Below are positions 27,665 to 41,911 of a DNA stretch of 64,000 nucleotides, piece by piece. Numbering within the stretch: the stretch's first letter is position 1; every line of letters starts with the position of its first letter. A program made the position numbers and the translations under genes. Where the stretch lies: positions 4,092,001-4,156,000 of the forward strand of contig OX597831.1 of assembly GCA_951406725.2 (NCBI GenBank), read 5' to 3'. The notes under the pieces were generated by a model that worked only from the letters and a program-made list of their open reading frames with translations, was not told the DNA's origin and did not search any database. This DNA is from Octopus vulgaris (taxonomy: Eukaryota).

Positions 27665-27996
27665 AAAATGGAGCAAAAACGGAATGGAGGACAATAAAAC
27701 ATCTAGTAAGATAGACGATACAAAGGCGGACAAGAACACAACAAATAGGACAAGAAAAAAGGACGGGTCTTTCGTGGCCTTCTTCATCAGTCAAGTTTCC
27801 AGATGTCTTTACAGTTTCCGGCAGTTACACTTAAGATTGTTCAATGTGGTTGCCTACCCCCAAGTCTAAACTAAGAGCATTTTTGAAAGAAATCAAGCGA
27901 TTCCTGTCCCTCTATTTGTTATTTTTCTTGTCTGCCTTTGTATCGTCTATTTGTCCAGATGTTTTATTGTCCTCTATTGCGTTTTTGTTCCATTTT
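27665..27996. mobile_element. TA-flanked fold-back element with ~80-bp imperfect inverted arms
   Basis: AAAATGGAGCAAAAACG..GATACAAAGGCGGACAAGAA versus TTCTTGTCTGCCTTTGTATC..CGTTTTTGTTCCATTTT. Confidence 0.7.
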
Positions 27997-28244
27997 TAAA
28001 AATATTTATATATGCATATAGCGGCGCACGTACACTTTTGCACACCTTGTAAGTAAGTATATATATACTCAAACAATTCAGCTCCCGTAGTTATTCCTTT
28101 TAGAGTTCTGTGCTTATTCTATCTGTCTCTTTTACTGAATCCTTACGTTACAGGAACATTAAGACCCTAGCATAGATTATCTCACATAAGTACAAACATA
28201 AGCATACTCACATACATACATACATACATACATACATACATACA

Positions 28245-28275
<31 letters not shown>

Positions 28276-28312
28276 GTGTGTGCGTATATGTATTTATTTA
28301 AATGTATGTGTA

Positions 28313-28367
<55 letters not shown>

Positions 28368-28379
28368 TCAATATGTGAC

Positions 28380-28577
28380 CGCATGTGTATCGTTGGCAAT
28401 TTTCTTTTTCCGTCTTTCCTTCCTTGAACCTTTCTTTTTTCTATGTTTCTGACGAAGAGTTCCGCTCGAAACGTTAAATCCTCCTTCTTTCTTTCCTTTC
28501 TTGAGCGTCCAATAACACTATACTTGTTCCACGTCCTCGCGTTGTTGTGTTTTCTGTTTGTTCATGTTTGGATTAAC

Positions 28578-28580
<3 letters not shown>
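28380..28580 (+). mobile_element. PLE-like mini-element with intact-core minimal hammerhead (28445-28479)
   Basis: GUUU-CUGACGA-A-GAGU(ucc)GCUC-GAAA-CG-UU-AAAU; (TA)n on both sides. Confidence 0.78.
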
Positions 28581-28647
<67 letters not shown>

Positions 28648-28689
28648 CTGCATTTATATATGTCGTGGTCGTCTATTCCTTATGTAGAG

Positions 28690-29134
28690 TCTGACCACTT
28701 CTGTCAGGTGGCTTTTTAATCCAGACATTGTATTGAAAAGACACCCACATGCATTGCATATCTGATTTGGACCACCAAGAGCTGCAGTTAAGTTCTCCGT
28801 TAGATTTTCAGACCTCATCAAATATATAGGCAGAATAGTTGGTGGAGGTTCTTTTTCCATGGGTCCGCAAATGAGGATTTGCGCCCAGCAAAAAGAAGAC
28901 ATGGCCTGTCATAAACTATGCATGCAAAATGGTCATTGTGATTCACCTTCACGATCGTAACATTTGACTTGAGTCTTGCATGCGTTATCCTGTCCTCTTC
29001 AAACGCTTTCACTCCACTCCACACTTTTGCTCGCCATCCAACTCGATCTGAAGCAAGGGTTTCTATGTCCTCTGGATCCATTCCAAGTGCCTCATAGTAG
29101 TCCTTATGCCATCCTAAAACCTCCTTTTAGGTTT

Positions 29135-29135
<1 letters not shown>
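28690..29135 (-). pseudogene. RTE (BovB-like) LINE ORF C-terminal remnant
   Basis: ETLASDRVGWRAKVWSGVKAFEE (RTE DRxxWR motif) plus terminal zinc finger CNACGCLFNTMSGLKSH; frameshifted. Confidence 0.75.
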
Positions 29136-29188
<53 letters not shown>

Positions 29189-29396
29189 TACACATATGTG
29201 CATATATAAATGTACATATTATATACATATATATTCATATATATTCATATATACATGCATAAATACATGCATACATACATACATACTTATGCATGTATGT
29301 ATGTATGTATGTATGTATGTATGTATGTATGTATGTATGTATGTATGTATGTATATGTATGTATGTATCTCTCTCTCAGTCTGTCTGTCTCTCTCC

Positions 29397-29453
<57 letters not shown>

Positions 29454-29797
29454 AATGTATGCATAGATGACAATGTCTATATTTTAGAATTTGTTGTGTT
29501 TTTTTACTATCAACGAAATTTCTATCATATTCGGTTTTGTTTCTTATTATATATTTTACAAATAAATTGAAAATGCACGTCTGTTAATTGCTTAAGAACA
29601 ACAAGATCAACACGCACGTTAATTGGAGGCAAAAACTAAGAATTCAAAAAGTGCATGAGGCAAAAATGACAGCAAAAAAGACGGGTTTTGGAGAAAAGGA
29701 AAAGAAAATGAAACAAAATTTTAAAAGACAGAGGCTAAGTTTGCTGTGTATACTGAAAACTTATGAATTGCTCTTTCTCTCTCTCTCTCTCTCTCCA

Positions 29798-29855
<58 letters not shown>

Positions 29856-29881
29856 TGTATGTGTGTGTATGTGTGTGTGTA

Positions 29882-29918
<37 letters not shown>

Positions 29919-30100
29919 GTGCGTGTATGTGTGTGCATGTGTGTATGTATGTGTGTGTGTGTGTATGTGTGTGTGTGTATGTGTGTATGTTTGTGTGTGT
30001 GTGTATGTGTGTGTGTATGTGTGTGTGTATGTGTGTGTGTATGTGTGTGTGTGTATGTGTGTATGTGTATGTGTGTATATGTGTGTGTATGTATGTGTGT

Positions 30101-30185
<85 letters not shown>

Positions 30186-30852
30186 GGAAAGAGCATAAAG
30201 GAGGAGATAGAGGTAAAAAGGAGATAGAGAATGAAAGAAAGATCGGAATTGCGATTTAGAAAATTACGTAAGAAACAAAATAATTTATTCCTTCAGTGAT
30301 TTCAGGCATTTTGTTTTTAGAGAACTGTGCCTCTCTATGTCTATGTAAATGTGTACGTTTATGAGTGTATAAGTGCGCTTGTTACTATATGCCCATATGT
30401 ATGTGTGTGTTACATTTACTCCAAATGTTTCATGAATGTATGTGTGTGTATGTCTCTATGTGCGTTTTTTCCTTCCAGCTTGTTACTATTTATAAATCTA
30501 TGTATGGCGTTCATTTTGATGTGTGTCTTTGTGGATGTGTGAGTATGTGTGCGTGCTTGTTTGATTTCGGATCTGTCATATGCTTGTCTCTTCTCCCAAT
30601 ATCTAAGCCTTGTACGTATGCGATCGCGAGCGCGTGTATAGATGTGTTCATGTGCATGTATGTGACTTTGTTAAGAAAGCATGCATCTGTCTCAGTGTTG
30701 CATTTAAGTGTGTGTGTGTGTTTGTGTGTGTGTGTTTGTGTGTGCGAGAGAGAGAGAGTGTGTGTGTGCGAGAGAGAGAGTGTGTGTGTGTGTGCGAGAG
30801 AGAGAGAGAGAGTGTGTGTGTGTGCGAGAGAGAGAGTGTGTGTGTGTGTGTG

Positions 30853-30918
<66 letters not shown>

Positions 30919-31031
30919 TGTGTAAAGAAGCCAGTCGTATATATAAGCTTATCTGCCTTTTGGCTATGATCAAAATATATGTATACACATACACACATAT
31001 ATATGTATATCTATATATATATATATATATG

Positions 31032-31102
<71 letters not shown>

Positions 31103-31570
31103 GATTACATTGATAACGAAGAAGGAGTGTGGAGATTTTATTCAGATCCGAAAACTTTTTTAATTCAAAAGTTTTCTACAGCATATATATATCTGACCTA
31201 CATATGTTTTAACTGCAGCGACTCCACATTGCTCTGTATGCTCACATACATCTTAGTCGCTGCCATTTCATCAAGGGTCCATCACTCACAAAGTGGCCTG
31301 ATTCAAACAAGCCTCCTGCGTTGGTATTCAGTTGAAGGCGATAGCGTTACTTTTGAAATCCAACGGAACTCCGGTCTTATAATCGCCTCTACTGTTATTA
31401 CGGTTGAAGCGTGGTTTTAAAATGTTTAATCAGATTTCAATTAACTGTAGCAGTCTTGTTTACATTTTGCTGTGTGAAGTTCATTATTTATTCAGAGGTA
31501 TTTCACTTAATTTGGCTTTATACCCTCAATTAATATTATTGTTATTATTATTTGTAGTAGTATTATAAGT

Positions 31571-31953
31571 GTGGAGGCGCAATGGCCCAGTGGTTAGAGC
31601 ATCGGACTCGCGATCATAGGATCGCGGTTTCGATTCCCAGACCGGGTGTTGTGAATGTTTATTGAGCAAAAACATCTAAAGCTCCATGAATCTCCGGCAG
31701 GCGATGGTGGCGAACCCTGCTGTACTCTTTCACCACAATTTTCTCTCACTCTTACTTCCTGTTTCTGTTGTACCTGTAATTTAAAGGACCAGCCTTGTCA
31801 CTCTCTGTGTCATGCTGAATATCCCCGAGAACTACATTAAGGGTACGCGTGTCTGTGGAGTGCTCAGCCACTTGCACGTTAATTCCACCAACTGGCTGTT
31901 CCGTTGATCGGATCAACTGGAACCCTCGTCGTCGCAAACGACGGAATACCAAC
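31571..31953 (+). mobile_element. SINE H2+T1
   Basis: TSD AGTATTATAAGTGT (31559-31572, 31954-31967). Confidence 0.9.
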
Positions 31954-32198
31954 AGTATTATAAGTGTAGATATCATTTATTGTTATAATCATTATGGTAA
32001 CTAGTATAATTACTATAGATGGTGAGTTGTCTGTATTTCTGTCTCGTGCTTATGTCTTGCGTTTTTACCAGTACCAGTATCTTTTTCTTCGCTTGAGTAC
32101 TCTATAAAGGACAGTTGTGGATAGCCGGCATCTAAACCAAATTGAGAGTTAATACGGTATCCGCCAGGATAACCTATCCCTTTAATACTTTCTCTCTC

Positions 32199-32240
<42 letters not shown>

Positions 32241-32260
32241 CACACACACACGCACATATA

Positions 32261-32292
<32 letters not shown>

Positions 32293-32349
32293 ATTATGTA
32301 TATATATATATGTGTGTGTATATATATATATATACCATATGTATGTATG

Positions 32350-32399
<50 letters not shown>

Positions 32400-33289
32400 T
32401 TTGTGCGTGCTTGTCTTTGTGTCTGTATCTGTGTTTTCCTCCTGAATCGCTTGACAACCAGTGTTCGTGTGTTTATGTCCCCGTATCTTAGCAGTTCGTT
32501 AAAAGAAACCGACAGAATAAGCAGCAGGCTTAAGAAAAAGTCAGTACTGGGGTCGATTCATTCGATTAAAGATTCTTCACGGCTGTACTCCAGCATGGCC
32601 GCAGTCTAATGACTGGAACACGTAACAGAGAAAATAAAGAAATAAAGAACAAAATTCTTCTGTTTCCATGCTCTGAAACTTTTAAGGGTCAAGTTACCTC
32701 GAAACCTTTACAGCCACAATGGTTCATAGGTAAGAGCGTATAGGTCGAAACATTTATCAGTGAGAGTTTCAACTGAAAACATGGAACACAAATACAGACA
32801 AACAGAATTTGAAGTTTAGTATTGTGTCGAGGGAGTTTTTTTTTATATATTGTAATTATTTCTCGTTTACGATTTAAGCAATTAAAATTGCTCTGTCAAG
32901 TGTAATACATATTTATTCACTTTTAAAATTAACCATACATTACACTGCGTAACATGATTCTTATCCTTGGGTAGCAACTGTCATTTCCTATTTGCTTATT
33001 CCTAGAAAGTATCTAAAATGGTTAATATTTCCTTCAAACTTTGCTTTTGAGGCATTTATTCAACCTCAAAGACATGGCTAATGTTCTACCCCACTACTCC
33101 TGGATCAGAGATGCACATTTTGTCAGCCACTAAGGGAGATGGTCTAGTGTTTATGGTCAAACAACTGACAAGCTAATCTGTGGTATTTGAGCATAAATCG
33201 ACGACCTCGTGAAGGATGTTTGAGCGGTCGAAAGAGGTGATGATCGGAAGGGGCGGGATCTGGATTGTATGCCGTCCAAAGGAAAACCA

Positions 33290-33960
33290 ATTAGTATCGC
33301 TATTTCTATAGAAGATTGAGTCTTGAATTGCTTTTTCACTGGTGATTCCGTGTGTTTCCACTTCACACCCTATCTTCTGGATTCTGGCTCGAAGTAACGG
33401 ACCCAGATCTCATCTCTTGCGACTGTTCTCCTGCTTCAAAAAAAGAGCTTCACTTTCATCGTTTTACTGGTCGAGTACTCTTTGACAGATCTGCACGCGA
33501 TTGCGCTTATTCGCTTCGCTAAGCTCTCTTGGCAACGATCCATCTCGCACAGACTTTACGGAAGGGAAACTTATAGATGAACACAGAACCATGATAAATT
33601 TGCAGAGAACATGCCATCTCATCGATGGTCACTCGTCGGTTTCGCCCAAACCATCTCTCGTGTTTGCTGAATCTCCATGTCAGTGGCAGAGGCTGACTGG
33701 GTCCACAAGCCCTCTTCGTGCTTTACGCTTGACCAGACACTTTTAAACTTCTCAAAACATTCGTACAAACTTCTGCGTGGTAGAGTAGCGTCCTCGTATT
33801 TTACTGAAAGCCTGCAATGAATTTCAATTCTCGAAACACCTTCAAACTAGAGAGATCATATCGCCGGTCGATTTTCTATCTTTGTGTGTACTGCTAGCGG
33901 AACGGTCATGTTTACTTTGTAACACAAGAAAGAAAACTGGAGTGATCAAAGTCAAACATT
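33290..33960 (-). pseudogene. Mariner transposase remnant
   Basis: DEIWVRYFEPESRR..KWKHTESPVKKQFK, matching the mariner TGDExW..WKH..SP segment; stops and frameshifts. Confidence 0.7.
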
Positions 33961-34203
33961 GGTTACGAAACCACATAAGAACCATCGGGCGCTGATGGCA
34001 GTGCGTGCAACCTAAAGGAAGTTTGGCAAGAGTGCGAATAATTTTCGACTTCGCCCAGTATTTTTATATGAAGTGAGTGATATCTGAAGGATATTATCAA
34101 TACGTAAAATTGCATTTGTATATGTATATATACGAATGCTTGCATGTATGTTTCCCCACATACACACATATGTGTGTGCGCGCGTGCGTGTGTGTTTGTG
34201 AGC

Positions 34204-34244
<41 letters not shown>

Positions 34245-34505
34245 GATATAGCACGTCGTCGATTTTTCGACATCCTTCAACAATCTGAATTCCAAGAAGC
34301 CTTCTAGCAAGTTAATATATTATTCGCTCCCCAGCCTCCAGGTTACATCTTTGTTTATCCACTAGAAACAGGTGGAAACGATTTCCCAGCCCCCCTCATC
34401 AACAATAATGCCTAAGCACAAAAGTTTTAAACCAAATCTAATACCTAAATCAGCTCAAGACTCTTATCGTTTAAAATGTAACCGGGAAGGGCATATATTA
34501 TGTGT

Positions 34506-34896
34506 GTGGAGGCGCAATGGCCCAGTGGTTGGGGCAGCGGACTCGCGGTCGTAGGATCGCGGTTTCGATTCCCAGACCGGGCGTTGTGAGTGTTTATTGA
34601 GCGAAAACACCTAAAGCTCCACGAGGCTCCGGCAGGGGATGGTGGTGATCCCTGCTGTACTCTTTCACCACAACTTTCTCTCTATCTTACTTCTTGTTTC
34701 TGTTGTACCTGTATTTCAAAGGGCCAGCCTTGTCACTCTCTGTGTCACGCTGAATATCCCTGAGAACTGCGTTAAGGGTACACGTGTCTGTGGAGTGCTC
34801 AGCCACTTACACGTTAATTTCACGAGCAGGCTGTTCCGTTGATTCGGATCAACCGGAACCCTCGTCGTCGTAACCGACGGAGTGCTTCCATCCATG
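34506..34896 (+). mobile_element. SINE H2+T1 full length
   Basis: A-box TGGCCCAGTGG, B-box GGTTTCGATTCCC, TSD TTATGTGTG. Confidence 0.9.
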
Positions 34897-36192
34897 TTAT
34901 GTGTGGAAAGGGATCAAGCTGGCAGAACCGTTAGCACGCTGGACAAAATGCTTAGCGGTATTTCGTCCGTGGTCGACTTCGCCTTTCATCTCTTTGGGGG
35001 TCAATAGAATAAGTACCAGTTGTGTACTGGGGTTGATGTAATCGACTTACACCCAGGCACCCCCGAAATCGCTAGCCTTGTCCCAAAATTTGAAGCCAGT
35101 AGTTCGCTGTAGTGAATGTTAGTTATCTACCAACATGTTATCTAAGTTTCATCTTGTAAGAAAGACCTTAGTGAGTTAGTAAGTGGCTTAGTCATTTGCT
35201 ATTTTATTGTTATATCTGAAAAATCGTTAAAATGTGGCTGCATTCATATTTCAACTGAAAAAAATACAGGTGTCTCTTAATGGTTTTGGTAGCTGTAAAA
35301 GTTTAAAATAACATAGAGGCGGTCTCCTTAGAATTCACCTAGTTCAGGATGTTCCATTAATTATGCAGCCCTCACGTCCCCTATGAATAATGGTGTACAT
35401 ATTATAGCCTTCACTTAAACAGCTACAGATACATGCAGTATGACTAAGACAAGATATGGGAGTATTTCCTCTTCCGAATCGGTGCTACGCGATTAATATG
35501 AAACACTTGGAAAAGTGGAGTACTCAAAATTAGTCGCTGTTTCCTTTTTTAAAAGGATAAGGTGTGATTAAACGAGATTTTGGCTGCTATTTCTAGCTAC
35601 TGACATTCCTCCTTTATTCTACTTAAGAGGATTAATGAATGTAGATTAGGCTTTTGTTTTGATGCTCTTGAAGTCATGACCTTCACCATAGAATCAAAGA
35701 TACTGTTCATCACGTGGAGGTGACAAATGTGTTTACTTTGATTTGTGGTAACCGTCAAACCGAAAATACATGTTTACCTTCCTTTATCTAATTACTTTAA
35801 GACGATAAAGAATAAAAAGACAAAAACAGAGAAATACAACAGAACAATGAGAAAACTCAAAGAAGAGAAAACATGCACATAAATCTTAACCGAAATTCAA
35901 AGCGAAGAAGAGAAGAAACAAGATTATGTTTGAAAAGAATAAAAATAGTATCTGAGCGTTTCACACACATTTGAAAATGGAGGCAAATCACGTGACGGCT
36001 GTAATAAAATTATAAAAGGGAACTGATTTACTACGACTCGTCTTTTTTTTGTTGTTTTATGAATCATTATTAATGGTGATCCGCTTCCATTTTTCCTAGC
36101 GTGCGCGCACGCATACACATTCATAGGGTATATATATGCATATACACACAAATACACTCACGCACGCACACACAGTGTGCATGTGTGTATAT

Positions 36193-36252
<60 letters not shown>

Positions 36253-36561
36253 ATATATACGCACAGACAGACAGGCACACACACGCGCACACACGCGCAC
36301 ACACACACACATGAGTGGAGAATAGTTGTATTAAATATGTATACAGATAACTACACAAATGTATAAATAGATGAATTTACAAGTTACTATGGACAGTATA
36401 CGAAACAACACTACATGTGTGTATCTGTAAATTGTGTATATATATATATACATATATATATGCATATATTTTATTTATTACACTATATATATATATATAC
36501 CAACATTTAAGCATACATACACATACATTCATATATACATACATACGTACATACATTTCGT

Positions 36562-36848
36562 CGCCCTTTTCAAGCCTAGCCAGTGTCATGGGCCCGGTTT
36601 CCCGGTTTCTGTGGCGTATGGGTCCCCCCCCCCCCAGCTGGACGGGACGCCAGTCCATCGCAGCGTTACTCAAGAAACAGGAAGAGAGAGTGAGAGAAAG
36701 TTGTGGCGAAAGAATACAACAGGGGCCACCCCCACCCCACCCCCTGCCGGGGCCTCGTGGAGCTTTTAGGTGTTTTCGCTCAATAAATATACACAGCGCC
36801 CGGTCTGGGAATCGAAACCACGATCCTACGACTGCGAGTCCGCTGCCT
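36562..36848 (-). mobile_element. SINE H2+T2
   Basis: H2 body joined to the T2 tail seen at 11254-11365. Confidence 0.82.
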
Positions 36849-37330
36849 TATATATATATATATATATATCATGGCCTGCTAGAACATCCTCGACGTTGTT
36901 TTGTACACTAGGAATATCAGGGATTATGTGGGCCTCAAAATGAATTCTTTTCGCATAATTGTGAATATATTATTAAAACGTATGAGGAAACAAAGTCGAG
37001 ATGCCTGAAATATCTGTTTTTCCCTAACATCTTTTCATATATGTTTCAAATTTTAGCACTCCGCCAGAAATTTCGAGGGATGGCGTAAGTCGATTACATC
37101 GACCCCAGAGGTCGACTGGTACTTATTTTATCGACCTCGAAAGGATGAAAGGTAACGTTGACCTCGGCGGAATTTGAACTCAGAAAGTACTGACGGACGA
37201 AATATTGGTAAACATTTTTACTCGCGTACTAATCATTCTGCCAGCTCACCACCCTAAATCCTTTCCATATGAAATTCCGATATAATCGCTACTACTTCTA
37301 TACTATATTATGCTATATATATATATATAT

Positions 37331-37715
37331 TGGTAAAAACGTTAAGATAACAAAAGAAAGAAAGAGACCTCAATATTATTAAAATAGAGGAAATTTATCT
37401 GTAAAATAATATGTGACAATTATTTGGTAGCCAAGATAAAACTCTGAGTTTCGGATGCTGAAGTGGAAATCCACACCACCATCTCTTCAGTTATCTGGCC
37501 ATCTGAAAAACGCCTATAATTCCCTTGATGGTATTGGTATGTTTTTCATAGAAGAATCTATGTAATAGGCGTCCATATTAAATTCTTCTGTGTGTTAGGC
37601 GTTTTTCAGATTGCCAGATAACCGAAGAGATGGTGTTGTGGATTTCCACCTCGGCATCCGAAACTCAGAGTTTTATCTTGGCTATTGAATAATTGTCACA
37701 TATTATTTTACAGAT
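37331..37715. mobile_element. (TA)n-embedded fold-back PLE-like element with two inverted hammerhead motifs
   Basis: Inverted arms 37397-37516 and 37596-37715; HHR at 37434-37496(-) AGAUAA-CUGAAGA-GAUG..CAUC-C-GAAA-CUC(a)GAG-UU-UUAUCU and at 37616-37678(+) with CCGAAGA. Confidence 0.78.
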
Positions 37716-37734
37716 ATATATAAATATATATATG

Positions 37735-37874
<140 letters not shown>

Positions 37875-38039
37875 GATATATATACGGGTGTGCGTGATTG
37901 TGTATAGAAGAATATATTAATAAAAGGAATTCCAACCTTGTCTGATTTTCACGTTTTATTTACAATCTTATAATGATATAAGATAATATAATATAATAAA
38001 ATAAAATAAAATAATAGAATGTTAAATGTTCATTCTGAT

Positions 38040-38084
38040 TGAACTAGTACTTTCATGCATTAAATTCTGCAATCTTCAGGTTCA
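38040..38084 (-). ncRNA. Minimal type I hammerhead in a pLTR-like element (about 37885-38290)
   Basis: UGAAC-CUGAAGA-uUGCA(gaauuuaa)UGCAu-GAAA-GUAC-UA-GUUCA; palindromic stem III AGUACU, CUA cleavage. Confidence 0.78.
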
Positions 38085-38604
38085 TGTAGTAGTGGTGACA
38101 GTCATGCTTCACCCAATTTTTGACTGTAGCGAGATGATTGAATCTGTGCCTTAAATACAGCTGTGTAGGCTCCAGATTGCTAGGTTTTGCAAACTGTATT
38201 CTGACCAATCAGTGTGTAGTATCACTCAATTACTTAAGCTGATTGGTTGGTTGAGCTGATTGGTTTAGGCGTCACGCTTTGTTGGACATGTCAAGAGTCC
38301 TGTATCTTAACCCTGGGCGAGGCAGCAATTGTTGGGCTATTTTTAGAAATGTTGTAAATAGCCTTTGTCAGAGATTTTTATATTTTTATATTTCAATTGT
38401 CATCATCATCATTGTCAGCACCTTAATTATTGTTGCTAGTGGTGATGGTGGTGGCAATAGAATTTTTAACCCTAAATAAGATAATTTTCCTGCTATCTAA
38501 GTATTATTATTATTGCTTATTTAGCTTGAGTTCGAATTTATCAATAAAATTCTTTTCTCTGATTTTCCTCTCGATTTCACTTGGGCTGTGTAATTTGTAG
38601 AATG

Positions 38605-38672
<68 letters not shown>

Positions 38673-38966
38673 GCCCAGGTGTGGGTGTGTGGTGAGAAGA
38701 ATCCTTCCCAACCACATAATTCCGGGTTCAGTTCCACTGCATGGTACCTTAGCTAAGTGTCTTCTAATATAGCCACGCGACGACCGAAGCCTTATGAGTG
38801 GATTCGGAAGACGGAAAATGAAAGATGCGATATATATATATAGGCTTACAAAGAATAAGTCCTGGGGTCAATTTCCTCGAGTAAAACCCTTCAAGTGGGT
38901 GCTCCATTATGACCGCTGATAAAAGTCAAAATGACTAAAACAAGCGAAAAAAATACAAGAATAAAA

Positions 38967-39022
<56 letters not shown>

Positions 39023-39351
39023 CTGTAATTATGTATCATGTTTTATAATAATATATGCTCCAAATTAGAGCGACTAAATCTAAGTTCAAACAATTGACTG
39101 AAAAAGATGGACCGAATCTCTGGGAATTGAGCACGACAGAAAAAAGACCGACGCCGTAGCGCTTCTCCGTATTGTACAACCTTTGGGTTTGTTTACAAGT
39201 TTATATATATATATATATATATTGAAATTAAATCAGCAGTTTATATTTGCTGCTGAGAAGACCGCGCGATTGCGGTAAGATTTAAAAATTTAGAGCATAT
39301 GGACTGGAGGCTTCTTTACCATAGCCTCGTGGACATATACTCGTCCTAGGC

Positions 39352-39447
39352 TCTCTGCTGATGAGGCACGCCAGATGTAAATGAATTTAATTTAATTTAA
39401 TTCATTCATTTGCCAAAGTTTTGCCGAAACTATGCATAGTCCAGAGA
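39352..39447 (+). ncRNA. Type I hammerhead with extended stem II, intact
   Basis: UCUCUG-CUGAUGA-GGCA...UGCC-GAAA-CUAUGCAUAG-UC-CAGAGA; canonical core, GUC cleavage at 39441, palindromic ACUAUGCAUAGU; lies in a TA-flanked element (39222-39668). Confidence 0.88.
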
Positions 39448-39975
39448 TGAAAGGGGTAAACGTTTTTATTTCTCTTTCTATTTCAGAATTACAACTATTT
39501 AGCGGTATGAGTTTTGGCTGCTCTTTCTAGTGAGTCGAATGTCCTATATGGCCATTCCTTATATTGTTGAATGTATATTATATAGTCTTTGACTATTTTT
39601 TCTTTCTCACTAGACCGCTGGTAGCGGAGAATTTTTTCTAGAATTTTTTGCTACCCTTATATTTATTAATATATATATATACATATATGGGCGCATGGGT
39701 TAGTTGTTAGAGTGTTGCTCTCACTATCTAGCGATGTGATTTCAATTCCTAAACCGGTTAATGCGTTGTGTTCGTGAGCAAGACACTTCGTCTCACTTTG
39801 CTGTGCGATCACCGTGTACTTTTTATGACATTGTTGATTTGATGGAGAGAGTGAACTAATGTGCGGCACGAACATTTGACCACTGTAAGCAAATCATTTG
39901 TGCAGGTCATTTGACAAAAGCTGAACGCTCATACAGTACTTCGACATATATATACATATGTGTGTGTGTGTGTGT

Positions 39976-40007
<32 letters not shown>

Positions 40008-40354
40008 TTAAACACAAAAAGATAAAGTAAGGGTGATAACTCAAGTGATCAATAACATGACTTCATGTAAGCGATGACATACCGAGTGATACACATACAC
40101 ACACAAAAAAAAAAAAGACCCCAGTAAATTGAAATTTGCCTGCTAACCAAGATCAGATTCCACCACCTGCCAACATGACAATTCAATTTTCTATTAAATT
40201 GATACAATTTCTCAAAACTATTATCTTCTTCGCCATTTTTAATGCTAGTATCAATTGCCGCCAAAATTTTATTTTTTTCTCCAGGAAGCAAATTTCAATT
40301 CGATGAGAATTGTCGGCCTCCCTCATTCCATACCCACCGCACACACACACACAA

Positions 40355-40395
<41 letters not shown>

Positions 40396-41329
40396 TGCAC
40401 ACACACACGCACACACACACACGCACACACACACACGCACAATCATTTTATACATAAATATATACACACACACACACACAAACACGCATACACACACGCG
40501 CGCACACACACAAACGCACAATCATTTTTATACATAAACATACACACACACACACACACACACACACGCATACACACACACGTACGCACACACACACACC
40601 CAATCATTTATATACATAAACATGCACGCACACAAACACGAACACACAAATATGCACACATAAATAAGCAAAGAAACGCATGTATATGTTTCTCTATGTT
40701 TACGTATATGTGTGCCTGTGTATGTGTGTATGTATATATGTATGTATATTGGTGAGTGTGCATGTCGTTGCGCGTGTATATAAACTTATGGTAAATTTGC
40801 GTTTCAGTGCAATAGTTCACAAACATGCTAAAGCTACAAACGAGCAGAAATTAGCATACTAACATGAAAAAAACATTTATAATACATATAAAAATATGAA
40901 TGATTGAAAGAAAAATATACAACCAGAATTTGTTTATATTTTTCTTTCCATTTGGCTTTTCTTCACAGATATATCAAAAGATGACGACGTTGTCTTGTTT
41001 TTCACTGCAGCTATACAGAAGTCATGTGATTTAATTGAATCGCTCTATTCGGCTCAGAGAACCGTGTAGAGCGATTCAGTTTCAACTATCCACTTATTTA
41101 TTCTATTTTTAGTGTTAATATCTTTTTAATTATATTTCTAGTAACACTTCATTTGTCTCTCTTTTCTTTCTCTCTTTCGCCTCCTCTCGGGCCCACGATC
41201 TTTCTGTCTGTCTGGTGCAATTTGTGTAGCAAGTCACACGCATACACAATTTTATACATACGTGCTTCTATGTGTGTATATATCTGTATATAGATATGTA
41301 TGCACATATATATGTATATACAGACATAC

Positions 41330-41348
41330 CGTACATACATACCGTAAA

Positions 41349-41382
<34 letters not shown>

Positions 41383-41744
41383 CATACATTCATTCATACA
41401 TACATACATACATACATACATTCATTCATACATACATTCATTCATACAACCATACATATACACATACATACATACATAAATACATACATACATACATACA
41501 TACATACATGTATGCATACATACATACATACATACATACATGCATGCATGCATGCATACATACATACATACATACATACATACATACATACATACATACA
41601 TACATACATGCATGCATGCATGCATACATACATATATACATACATACATACATACATACATACATGCAAACATACATACATACATACATACATGCATACA
41701 TGCATGCATGCATACATACATACATACATACATACATACATACA

Positions 41745-41777
<33 letters not shown>

Positions 41778-41780
41778 GTA
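41330..41780. repeat. (TACA)n tetranucleotide microsatellite (another at 47380-47930)
   Basis: Direct inspection. Confidence 0.95.
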
Positions 41781-41911
41781 AATATATTGTTAGAAATAAG
41801 AGTTTTAACTCTTACAGCTTCATAAATAGTGCAATTACATATATTGACAGAGTAGATCACTGACTGCATGAGCAAAACTAAAATACTCGACTGGGTTTAG
41901 CCCAGTATTGG

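Noticed and set aside
27760-27796. Hammerhead-like CUGAUGA...CGAAA on the minus strand (and CUGAAGA...CGAA at 15590)
   Set aside because: Core words are present but I could not pair stems I-III; not counted as ribozymes.
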